A DNA stretch of 64,000 nucleotides from an archaeon UBA543. GTDB taxonomy: Archaea > Undinarchaeota > Undinarchaeia > Undinarchaeales > UBA543. Below are positions 30,957 through 39,457 of the stretch, in pieces; position 1 is the stretch's first letter, and each line of letters begins with the position of its first letter. Where the stretch lies: contig DAPM01000011.1 of NCBI GenBank assembly GCA_002502135.1, forward strand, positions 7,736 to 71,735. The letters are read 5' to 3'. Position numbers and translations under genes: made by a program. The notes beneath the pieces were generated by a model that saw only the letters and a list, made by a program, of their open reading frames with translations, searched no databases and was not told the DNA's origin.

Positions 30957-33698
30957 GTGATTAAAAGTCTAGAGATGCAGGGCTTCAAATCCTTCAACAA
31001 GAAGGTTGTTATCCCGCTTTCCAAGGGCATAACTGCGTTCGTCGGCCCGAACGGCTCTGGAAAGTCGAACATTTGCGATGCTATCTGCTTTGTGCTAGGG
31101 CGCTCGTCAGCGCGCACAATGAGGGCAGAGCGGCTCGCGCATCTCATTTATAACGGGGGAAAGGGCAATGCCCCAGCAACTGCCATGGAGGTAACTCTGG
31201 TTCTCGAGAACAAAGACCGCGAACTCCCATTCGAAACTGATGATGTCCGAATCACCAGACGCCTCACTAGAAATGGAACAATGTCATACAAAGTCAATGG
31301 CCAGAAATGCACAAAACAGCAAATGGTCGACCTACTATCTTCTCACATGTTCAAAGCCTCAGGACACAATATTGTTCTGCAAGGAGATGTCACTAACTTC
31401 ATAGAAATGGATCCAGTTGGCAGAAGACAGATCCTTGACGAAATCTGCGGAATAGCAGAATACGATGAAAAGCGTGACAAAGCTCAGAAAGATTTGGATG
31501 TTGTTGAAACCAGAGTCAAGGAAATCGTTATTGTTATGTCTGAGCGCAAAAAGCAGTTAGATTCACTTAAGAAAGAAAAAGACGATGCTGAAAAATACAA
31601 AGCACTCAAGGACGAAGCTTCAGGTCTGGAAGGGCAATTAGCATTCACTCGATTCAAAAACGCAGAATCTGAAGAAAACAAAATCCTTGATCGCATTTCC
31701 GCAGTAGAAGTGGAAGAAACAAAATTCTCTGCAGAACTCACTGAAGCCAACACTAAATTGAATGAGTCACAAAACAGAAAGAACACAATCGACAACAAGC
31801 TCATTAAAGAGGGAATAACTGCAGAAACTGGAGTCAAATTTGAAGCAGAACGAATCAAAGGCCGAATCTCAATCAATGAGAGCAAAGTCGAAAGCAAACA
31901 ATCTGAAATATCCAGAATCGACTCAATGGTCTCAAATTTACAGGCCAGAACCTCAACTCCAGCCCGTTTCATTTCAAGCTTGAAGTCAGAAGTTGAGGGA
32001 ATTCAGGGAACAATTGCAGAATTGATGACTCACGATGCAAAATATGCAAGTGCAATTGAAAACTCACTTGGCCGAAGAATGCATTTCGTAATAGTGGACG
32101 ACGACGAAACTGCAATAAAATGTGTCAAATACCTTCGAGAAAACCACATGGGTCGAGCAACTTTCCTTCCACTTAATAAAATCAAACCACCAAAAGAAAT
32201 CAGGGAAACAAATGGAAAAGGAATTATCGGACTCGCCCTCAACCTTGTGAAATACGACAACAAATTCGACAAGGCATTTTCATACGCTTTTGGGAACACT
32301 CACATTGTAGAAGATCTTGAGCAGGTCAAACCACACATTGGAAAGCTCAGGATGGTCTCACTTATCGGCGATATTGCTGAGCGAGCAGGAGCAATAACTG
32401 GTGGAGCTTCCAAAAAGAAGGGAAAAGGCTCTGCTGGCTCTGAAATTGATGAATATATCAAAACTCGCGACAAACTCCTTGATGAAATTGAAGATTTATC
32501 ACTTGGCAACGATGCACTCAAGAAAGAACTTGAAGATTATTTAGTAAAAGACAAGGAAGTTGGAAACAGCCGAGAATCAATGGAACGAGAGCGCGAAGTT
32601 CTTGAAATAGAAATTGAAAAGTACAGAAACACCAGCGACAAAGTGCGCCTTCAAAAAGAATCTGCAACCAGGAGAATTTCCGATATCAGAATTGAAAAAG
32701 CGCAAATAGACGCCAAACTCACAGATATCAAACTCAATATGGAGAAGTTCAAAGACATGGAGTTTGAAGAAGGAGATATTGAAAAAATGGATGAACGCCT
32801 TCTCAAAGTCAATCAGAATGTTCTGAAACTCGAGCCAGTGAACATGAAAGCAATAGAACTTTACGGAGAGCAAGAGCAGGCTTACCAGGTGTTTAATGGC
32901 AAATTCAACACACTCCGGGATGAGCGCAATTCAATCATAGACTTTATTGAAAAAATTGAAACCAAGAAAAAGGACGTGTTTTTCGAGGTTTTCAACAAAG
33001 TTTCTGATGAATTTGGAGCTGTATTCCCAAAACTATCACCAGAAGGGGAAGCCAGATTAATAATTGAAGATGCTGAAGATCCACTTGTAAGTGGCTTATT
33101 TGTGGAAGCAAAACCAGCTGGCAAGAAAATCCTGAGTATTGATTCACTTTCAGGCGGAGAAAAGACAATAACTGCGCTTGCATTCCTTGTAGCTCTCCAG
33201 AGTTACAAACCATCACCCTTTTATGTTCTTGATGAAGTTGACGCAGCACTTGACCAGGCCAACTCCATGCGATTTGTCACTTTAATGCAGTCACGAGCTC
33301 AGAAATCCCAGCTTCTAATTATCAGTCATAACAATTCTGTTGTTAAAAAATCCGAGAGATTGTTTGGAGTTTCAATGATGGCGGATGGAACTTCAAAACT
33401 AGTTGGCATTGAGATTGGCAAAGCTGATTCCGACGAAGAAAAAGAAGTGGAAGAACCTGTGATGGAAGAAATTGAAGAGGAAGTACAGGAAGAAACCTTG
33501 AAAGAAGAGACAATTCTTGAGGACATTCCTCTTGAGCTCCCTAATTTACAACCAGATACACCAACCGAAACTCCTCTAGAGAATCTCGATATTCCGAATA
33601 TTGAAAATCCTGAACAACCAGCTGAGGGTTCAGAACCGCCAGCTGAAAACCCGGAACTTCCAGCAGAGAATCCTGAAAAAGTTCCGCAGGGGGAATAA
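30957..33698 (+). CDS. smc: SMC chromosome segregation ATPase (short coiled-coil arms, acidic C-terminal tail)
   Basis: Motifs present: Walker A GPNGSGKSN, hinge GRATFLPLNKIKP, signature LSGGEKT and Walker B FYVLDEVDAALD. I prefer the in-frame GTG at 30957 (giving MIKSLEMQGFKSF) over the track's TTG at 30912. Confidence 0.85.
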   Translation: MIKSLEMQGFKSFNKKVVIPLSKGITAFVGPNGSGKSNICDAICFVLGRSSARTMRAERLAHLIYNGGKGNAPATAMEVTLVLENKDRELPFETDDVRITRRLTRNGTMSYKVNGQKCTKQQMVDLLSSHMFKASGHNIVLQGDVTNFIEMDPVGRRQILDEICGIAEYDEKRDKAQKDLDVVETRVKEIVIVMSERKKQLDSLKKEKDDAEKYKALKDEASGLEGQLAFTRFKNAESEENKILDRISAVEVEETKFSAELTEANTKLNESQNRKNTIDNKLIKEGITAETGVKFEAERIKGRISINESKVESKQSEISRIDSMVSNLQARTSTPARFISSLKSEVEGIQGTIAELMTHDAKYASAIENSLGRRMHFVIVDDDETAIKCVKYLRENHMGRATFLPLNKIKPPKEIRETNGKGIIGLALNLVKYDNKFDKAFSYAFGNTHIVEDLEQVKPHIGKLRMVSLIGDIAERAGAITGGASKKKGKGSAGSEIDEYIKTRDKLLDEIEDLSLGNDALKKELEDYLVKDKEVGNSRESMEREREVLEIEIEKYRNTSDKVRLQKESATRRISDIRIEKAQIDAKLTDIKLNMEKFKDMEFEEGDIEKMDERLLKVNQNVLKLEPVNMKAIELYGEQEQAYQVFNGKFNTLRDERNSIIDFIEKIETKKKDVFFEVFNKVSDEFGAVFPKLSPEGEARLIIEDAEDPLVSGLFVEAKPAGKKILSIDSLSGGEKTITALAFLVALQSYKPSPFYVLDEVDAALDQANSMRFVTLMQSRAQKSQLLIISHNNSVVKKSERLFGVSMMADGTSKLVGIEIGKADSDEEKEVEEPVMEEIEEEVQEETLKEETILEDIPLELPNLQPDTPTETPLENLDIPNIENPEQPAEGSEPPAENPELPAENPEKVPQGE

Positions 33699-34391
33699 AT
33701 GAAAAACATTGAGGACAATATTGAGCAGATGCTACAGAGCGAGAATGCGTGGGAGTTTGTTCTACTTGATATTGTAAAATCCGAAGATTTGGATCCTTGG
33801 GATATTGATATTTCTAAACTTACTACAAAGTACACTGATCGGGTTAACAAAATGAAACAACTGGACTTGAGTGTTCCAGCCCGGTTAATTCTTGCTGTTT
33901 CAATCCTCTTGAAGATGAAATCAGATCTTTTGCTTTCAATTGACGAGCCTGAAGAAGGTTTTGCAGACTTTACAGATGATGATTTGTTTGGTCCGGAAGG
34001 CCCAGAGCGGGAATTAATGGATGATGTGCCTGACTTGAACATCCATGTCAGGAGAAAACATATTCGAAAAATCACACTCGGTGACTTAGTTGACAAATTA
34101 AAAAAGTCAATGGAACCAACAAAACCAAGAGGCAGAAACACATTATTCCGATTAGATTTGCCAGAAGAAGACATTTCAGAGAAAATCGAGAAACTCTACA
34201 CTCAAATAATCACTCACAGCATGAAAAAGATTCCATTTTCCAAATTAACTGAGAAAAAGAATCGAAGGGGAGTTATTGAAACCTTCCTGCCTCTGCTCCA
34301 CCTAGCAAACGAGCACAAAGTAAATCTGCATCAGGAAGAATTCTTTAAAGAATTGTACGTTGAGAATATTGAGGAAGTTAAAACTAATTAG
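33699..34391 (+). CDS. scpA: segregation and condensation protein A (kleisin)
   Basis: 230 aa with the strings DPWDIDISKLTTKY and C-terminal ETFLPLLHL. It lies immediately after smc. Confidence 0.82.
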   Translation: MKNIEDNIEQMLQSENAWEFVLLDIVKSEDLDPWDIDISKLTTKYTDRVNKMKQLDLSVPARLILAVSILLKMKSDLLLSIDEPEEGFADFTDDDLFGPEGPERELMDDVPDLNIHVRRKHIRKITLGDLVDKLKKSMEPTKPRGRNTLFRLDLPEEDISEKIEKLYTQIITHSMKKIPFSKLTEKKNRRGVIETFLPLLHLANEHKVNLHQEEFFKELYVENIEEVKTN

Positions 34392-35587
34392 GCTTTTTTC
34401 TTTTTAGGAGAATAATTTCTTATTCGTTTGTAAATTCCTTCTTCAGTTTTGTAAGCTATGCACATACTTCTTGCTATAACACTATTCCTATCGAGGCAAA
34501 CAAGTATTGGCAAGTCTTTTCTTCCTTCATCTTCAAAAAACGGCAGGCAACCATTCATTATACTGTCTATTTTTTCAAAGTTCTCTTTTGTGAAAAACAA
34601 CAATTGTGGAAGGTTCTTTATATTACAAGATTTTTTGATTTTCTTAACATCAAGTTTTTCCAATACTTTTTCAGGCATAATTGCCTGTTTTAGAAGACCA
34701 TTTTCATAATAATATGCTCCAAGGAATTTACCCCTCAAATAAGTTGTTCTTCCAATCAATGGTTTGGCTTTCAGTTTTTCCCATACCCCTGTTTTACAGA
34801 TTTCTGCAGCATAATTTGTCTTATCTTCTGGTCTCAGTTTTTTTTCTAACAAATTCAGCTTTTGGCGTGTTAAAATAATGTGTTTTCTTTTTGCCAGAAG
34901 CAGATCAATCACTTCTTTGATGATATTTGCTTTTCCTGCAACATTTCCAGTTCTTACATTTCCTATTAGGTTATGCAGAGCTGTTACTGCTTTTTTATCC
35001 CTTTCGTTATAGTTTTCATTAGTGACTTTTAGAATTTCATCCCTTCTGTTTTTAATTTCTAATGTTTCAATGACCTCTGCAAGCTCTTCCGCAGGTATTA
35101 TTGCTTCAACTGTAATCTTGTTTTTTTTCTTGTCAACATCTCCAAACATAAATCCAAATTCTCTTTCTTTTTTGTAAACTCTTTTGAAAAAATTCATGAA
35201 AACATCTATTTTAGGGTCTTCACTGCTCTGTTTTGTCTGGAATTTATAAGAATATGGTTTATCGTCACTGCCCCTTCTCCAAAATGGGATATAGCTATAA
35301 TCTTCAAGATTTTTTCTAATAACTTGGGCAACTGTAATAATGAATCCAATAACCCCTAACCAAGAAACAACTCCACCTATTGCATCTGTATCATCTCTAA
35401 AACTAAGAGCAGTTGGTTTAGTGCATACGCTAATCCCCATCTGATTTTCCAAATAAACATCCAAACTATTATTTGAAATTGCCTGTATTATCTTTTCCTC
35501 GCTCGCACCGTCTTGTATTTTCTTTAAATTCTCGATATAATCATCAATTCGTTTCTCTACAGTTCCATGATGATTTATGTCAGCCAT
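34388..35587 (-). CDS. orphan protein, one predicted TM helix, function unknown
   Basis: 399 aa, Lys-rich, and very AT-rich compared with its neighbours. I recognise no motif. Confidence 0.5.
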   Translation of the reverse strand: MADINHHGTVEKRIDDYIENLKKIQDGASEEKIIQAISNNSLDVYLENQMGISVCTKPTALSFRDDTDAIGGVVSWLGVIGFIITVAQVIRKNLEDYSYIPFWRRGSDDKPYSYKFQTKQSSEDPKIDVFMNFFKRVYKKEREFGFMFGDVDKKKNKITVEAIIPAEELAEVIETLEIKNRRDEILKVTNENYNERDKKAVTALHNLIGNVRTGNVAGKANIIKEVIDLLLAKRKHIILTRQKLNLLEKKLRPEDKTNYAAEICKTGVWEKLKAKPLIGRTTYLRGKFLGAYYYENGLLKQAIMPEKVLEKLDVKKIKKSCNIKNLPQLLFFTKENFEKIDSIMNGCLPFFEDEGRKDLPILVCLDRNSVIARSMCIAYKTEEGIYKRIRNYSPKKKKA

Positions 35588-35627
35588 ACTATAATCTTAC
35601 ATTAATTTCTTAAAATATCTACCGCTT

Positions 35628-36719
35628 TTAAAATATCCTAACAATCCGCAATTCCCCTGCATTCTCATTCCCAATCAAGCCTTTCTTCACTCTGTGCAGA
35701 CACAAAGTATAATCAGCTTTAACTGCAGCGCCAGTAAAATCACCATTATCTGGATTCACACCAGAAGGCACATCCACTGAAACCACAGGAACATCCTTTC
35801 CATTTATCCACTTAATTGCAGAAGCAAGCGGTTCTCTGGCATCTCCTCGAAGTCCTGTTCCACAAATAGCATCAATAATAATATCAGCTCCAAATCCGCC
35901 AATACTCTCAGGAGCAAGAATTGTGTAAAATTGTATTCCAAGCTCTTCAGCTCTTTTGAAATTCTCTTTAGATAATTCAGTTTTCTGCTCTTCAAAAACA
36001 GTCATTTCAACTTCAACACCAGCTTCTTTCAAGTATCTTGCAGCAACAAACCCATCTCCGCCATTGTTCCCGGATCCACAGAACACAACCACTTTCTTTC
36101 CATTAAGCTCGAAATTATTCTGAACAAAATGAGCAATTCCTTTTCCAGCTTTTTCCATTAAATCCTTTTTCGGAATTCCTCCGCCTTCTTCCAGTGCAAT
36201 CATGCCAGCAGTATCAATATAATGCTCCAGTTCTTCGTGCTGCATTCTGAATCGCTGAACTTGAATTGCATCATTTCCCCATCGCTTTTTCCAGCCAATT
36301 AATTCTTTCTTGAATTCAATTTCCTTGTTATTATCAATCAGGTTGTCAGCATAAGAAACAATCTTCTGCTCAACAGTAATTGGTAAAAAGTCCTCTTCTG
36401 GAAGTCCAAGCTTTGTTGTTTCGCTTTTTTTGATTCCAGCACCAACATGCCGTTTTGCAATCTGTGCAACTTCTTCAGGTGCTCCAAGCTCTACCAACTT
36501 CTCGTAACCCAATAGTCCGTGTTTTATCGTATGCTCGTCAGCGCGTCCAATATCGTGAAGCATTGAACCAGTATCAACAAGACCTCTGTTAACTTTAATC
36601 CCGTCAGCAATCAGCGCATCTGCCAGCTCAAGAGCCTTATTATTAACTACTTTGCAGTGATTCTGAAGCTTTTCAGGATAGTTTATGTCTTTCCAAATCT
36701 TGCTAATATTTAGTTTCAT
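35628..36719 (-). CDS. HD-domain phosphohydrolase fused to NAD(P)H-hydrate epimerase (YjeF_N/NnrE) domain
   Basis: I prefer the ATG at 36719 (MKLNISKIW). HD signature strings are LHDIGR and HVGAG. The C-terminal half has CGSGNNGGDGF and DAICGTGL. The track N-terminus (to 36890) is read-through of the repeat element. Confidence 0.72.
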   Translation of the reverse strand: MKLNISKIWKDINYPEKLQNHCKVVNNKALELADALIADGIKVNRGLVDTGSMLHDIGRADEHTIKHGLLGYEKLVELGAPEEVAQIAKRHVGAGIKKSETTKLGLPEEDFLPITVEQKIVSYADNLIDNNKEIEFKKELIGWKKRWGNDAIQVQRFRMQHEELEHYIDTAGMIALEEGGGIPKKDLMEKAGKGIAHFVQNNFELNGKKVVVFCGSGNNGGDGFVAARYLKEAGVEVEMTVFEEQKTELSKENFKRAEELGIQFYTILAPESIGGFGADIIIDAICGTGLRGDAREPLASAIKWINGKDVPVVSVDVPSGVNPDNGDFTGAAVKADYTLCLHRVKKGLIGNENAGELRIVRIF

Positions 36720-36760
36720 TTTAGTAATTGTAAATGAGTAGCCACGAGCAGCTCCAAACC

Positions 36761-36914
36761 TCTGCTGATATTTGAATTGTTGAAATTGGTTAATTGGTTC
36801 TTGACTGGCGCTCCAGAGTGCAGCGCGTACTGCATGAAGCTCCATTCGCTTCGCGAAGGGGCTTAAACAATTCAACTGAAGTTGGTTCAAGCTGTCTGAG
36901 TTAGTTACCTATGA
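36761..36914 (+). mobile_element. ~154-bp repeated structured element, copy A
   Basis: The 88-nt core 36801-36888 is identical at 81/88 positions, without gaps, to 61608-61695. The left arm ctgctgatatttgaattg and right arm tgagtta are shared. It is bracketed by a 26-nt direct repeat (36735-36760 and 36915-40). The strand is inferred from G:U pairs. Confidence 0.7.
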
Positions 36915-36915
36915 T

Positions 36916-36991
36916 TGGTAGCCCCGAGCAGATTCGAACTGCTGTCCCAAGCTCCAGGGGCTCGGATGATTGACCACTACACCACGGGGCT
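36916..36991 (-). tRNA. tRNA-Gln (anticodon CTG), CCA encoded
   Basis: Minus strand reads AGCCCCG TG GTGTAGTGGTCAATCAT C CGAGC CCCTGGA GCTTG GGAC AGCAG TTCGAAT CTGCT CGGGGCT A CCA. It has an A1:U72 pair as in archaeal tRNA-Gln. Position 33 is C rather than U. Confidence 0.8.
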
Positions 36992-37030
36992 AATGGTTTT
37001 TTGATAAAAGTATGCCTTTATAATTCTTTC

Positions 37031-37783
37031 TTAGTGAAGTTCCCCAGTCTTACGCCAGTTAATTCCTAATTCTTCTATAATCTCAACTGCCTTATTCCGA
37101 TACTCTCCTTTCATCCCATCCCAATCAAAAACAGCTTTAGTTGCATTACTTCCCTCAATCATCTGCTGAATAATCTCCTTAGACACATTCTCTTGCTGAT
37201 ACTTTGGCAAAATATGCCCGAAAGCAATATTTGGATTCTCTAAAATCAGTGTTGAAAACCCTGGAGCATAATGTGGACCACCGAATCCAATACAATTTGT
37301 GAAAGTCTTAGTATTTTCTAAAATATCCTTAACAGCATTAGCAACAATTTTACCAGCTTCCTCATCCTTCCACTCCTTCTCAGTTGATCCAATTTCAATA
37401 AAAACAAGCGGAGTTTTCAAAGTCGGACCGTGATGTGTCACTTCCAAACAAACTTCAAAACCAGGAAGCTGAGCCTTGGCCATACTTCTCAAACCAACAG
37501 CAATAGCAGAAGGATCAGTTGGATTCAGCTTCTTCGGCTCCCCACCATAATCAGCATTTCCAAAATTCCCAGTAGCGTGAATAGTCAATGATTTTTTATT
37601 AGCAACACTCTTGTGCGTGCTCGGAATTATCAGCAAATCAGCTTCTGGAACGTCCTCTTTCTCCAAATAAAGAAAATCTTTCTCTGTTTCAAAAATCGGA
37701 ACATCTACTCCAAGCTCATTGAACTGTTTCATAATATTCTGTGCAGCTGGATTTTCTGTCCAATACAGGATTTTCGTATTCAT
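37031..37783 (-). CDS. dtdA: D-aminoacyl-tRNA deacylase, archaeal DtdA (DTD2) type
   Basis: I prefer the ATG at 37783 (MNTKILYWTENP). The strings SLTIHATGNF, EVTHHGP and GFGGPHYAP are present. Confidence 0.8.
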   Translation of the reverse strand: MNTKILYWTENPAAQNIMKQFNELGVDVPIFETEKDFLYLEKEDVPEADLLIIPSTHKSVANKKSLTIHATGNFGNADYGGEPKKLNPTDPSAIAVGLRSMAKAQLPGFEVCLEVTHHGPTLKTPLVFIEIGSTEKEWKDEEAGKIVANAVKDILENTKTFTNCIGFGGPHYAPGFSTLILENPNIAFGHILPKYQQENVSKEIIQQMIEGSNATKAVFDWDGMKGEYRNKAVEIIEELGINWRKTGELH

Positions 37784-37852
37784 GTTAACTGTTATATACA
37801 ATAACAACCACATAAAAATGTTATGACTCTGGCTCAGGACGCCTGAAGCTTC

Positions 37853-39049
37853 TTGAAAAAACTTGAAGAAGCAAAAGAAAGATACCAACGGCACAGCATA
37901 GTCTGCCATAACGACGCTGACGGTATTTGTTCTGCTCTTTTAGCTTCTGAGTTCTTTAAACCCAATAAATTTATCATAATCCGAGAGAATTACGAACTTG
38001 GTACCAAACTCGGACAAATAACACACCAGGAAAATGTTCTTTATCTCTATGTCGATATGCAACCTCCTGAAAATGGAAAAAATATTTTCTGCATTGATCA
38101 TCATAAAATAAAAGATAGTGAAACTCTTACTAAAGGGCAGTTCTTTATAAAATCAATACCAGAAAATCTCCCTGATGCCAATGTAGTCCTATCTTCTTTC
38201 CTCAAAGCAGTTCAGCTTGATAATTACAATAATTCTCTTGAGGATTTCTTGATATCTTTCCGAACAGACAAAACCTTGCGGATGAAGCTCGCAGGATGTG
38301 GAGCAATTGGTGACAATGCAAATCAGTTATATGAACCAAACTCTGCCCTACTCAAATTTTTAGAACATTTTAGTGACAATGAAATTGAAAATCTTCGTTC
38401 CGCTTCTCTTGCTTTCACTTTTGAAATGTCTGAGTCGTATGGTTTTCGTGGTGAATCATCTTCTCATCTTATGTCAAAACTTCCCATCTCTTTTAATGAG
38501 GATTTTTCTGAGTTTTTTACTCGGGATTATCTCAAGATGGGAGAAACTATGGATGCGTTTAATCAAAAATTAAGAAAAGAAACAGAGGGATTTCTGCCCA
38601 GAAATGTTTTAATCATTTTTTCAGAGTATCAAAAAGATCAGAATGATCTTATGATGACCCATGTTAAGGGGATTGTTGCAAATTATTTTCTAGGAGCAAA
38701 AAAATTATTGATTCTTGAGAAGCTTAGTAATGGAGTGAACTTCAGCGCTCGCAACTTATCTGAAAAAGGATTCCTCAAGATTCTTCAAAAACTCTTTGAT
38801 TCTTTTTCAGTTGAGATTGATGTTTCTGGGAAGGGCAAGCCTAAGAAAATGAGAAAACAATATGGGTGGAAGCCTAAGAAAAAGGAAGGCGGCGGGTATA
38901 TTTTTGATCCGCAACCGTACATAGAAAAAGATTATTTTACTGAAAAAGCTCCAGCATACCTTTCCAAAAATAATTGGATGATTGTAACTGTGTCTGGACA
39001 GGTTCTTCTTGGTGAAGCAGAAATTTCTGTTCAGCCATTTATGGAATAA
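37853..39049 (+). CDS. DHH-family phosphoesterase-like protein (divergent)
   Basis: 398 aa with CHNDADGICSA, a later CIDHH and GAIGDN. The C-terminal half matches nothing I recognise. Confidence 0.45.
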   Translation: MKKLEEAKERYQRHSIVCHNDADGICSALLASEFFKPNKFIIIRENYELGTKLGQITHQENVLYLYVDMQPPENGKNIFCIDHHKIKDSETLTKGQFFIKSIPENLPDANVVLSSFLKAVQLDNYNNSLEDFLISFRTDKTLRMKLAGCGAIGDNANQLYEPNSALLKFLEHFSDNEIENLRSASLAFTFEMSESYGFRGESSSHLMSKLPISFNEDFSEFFTRDYLKMGETMDAFNQKLRKETEGFLPRNVLIIFSEYQKDQNDLMMTHVKGIVANYFLGAKKLLILEKLSNGVNFSARNLSEKGFLKILQKLFDSFSVEIDVSGKGKPKKMRKQYGWKPKKKEGGGYIFDPQPYIEKDYFTEKAPAYLSKNNWMIVTVSGQVLLGEAEISVQPFME

Positions 39050-39079
39050 CTTTTAAATCAAAGCAACCTACTCATTTTT

Positions 39080-39424
39080 ATGCCAATAAAATATCACCAC
39101 GCTCCTGACATAAAGCGCAGAATTATCGAACTAGCTAAAGATTTCAATAATGTGAATACTGACCGCGTTTATTGCTTTCGCAGCTCAGGCTCTGCAGCAG
39201 AGCGAGTGCTTGCCCGCATCTGGAGCTTCCCAAAAATCTGGCAATTAGCACTTTACATGGAACCACGATATGTAATTGAAATTATTGGAGAGCGGTTTGA
39301 TCCTCTTCCAAAAGAAAAGCAGGACGAAATCCTGATTCACGAATTAATGCACATTCCAAAACGATTCACAGGCGGTTTGCGAAGGCACGACGGGAAAAAA
39401 CTTCCGAAACATATTCAAATCTAA
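39080..39424 (+). CDS. putative zinc metallopeptidase (HExxH, COG4900/SprT-like)
   Basis: 114 aa with the HELMHIP motif. Confidence 0.5.
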   Translation: MPIKYHHAPDIKRRIIELAKDFNNVNTDRVYCFRSSGSAAERVLARIWSFPKIWQLALYMEPRYVIEIIGERFDPLPKEKQDEILIHELMHIPKRFTGGLRRHDGKKLPKHIQI

Positions 39425-39457
39425 ACCTATAAAAACAACCTCTACCACTATATTCTT

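Noticed and set aside
33326-34174. 282-aa minus-strand ORF spanning the smc/scpA junction
   Set aside because: Its Ser-rich, low-complexity product lies antisense to two well-supported genes. It is a typical shadow frame of GAA/GAT-rich coding sequence.
30957-34391. The SMC-kleisin pair as a defence system (Wadjet/MksBEF-like)
   Set aside because: The protein has a canonical SMC hinge and head motifs and pairs with a typical ScpA. No KITE/JetB, JetD-toprim or nuclease partner is adjacent. It is most simply the chromosomal condensin.
36834-36866. A 9-codon ORF conserved in both element copies (MKLHSLREGA and MKPYSLRERA)
   Set aside because: It is too short, and the differences coincide with compensatory stem positions. 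That is better explained by RNA or DNA structure than by coding.
36801-36888. The repeated element as a 5S rRNA or other known small RNA
   Set aside because: The size is superficially similar and it contains GTACTG. However, it lacks the 5S helix pattern and loop motifs I remember, occurs with target duplications, and is not near any rRNA. No C/D-box or H/ACA-box arrangement fits either.
36720-36890. 57-codon N-terminal extension of ORF 35628-36890, and ORF 61588-61935
   Set aside because: Both are translations of the repeated 154-bp element on its minus strand. The two copies do not conserve an amino-acid sequence, and 61588-61935 also overlaps the GlmU-like gene in antisense.
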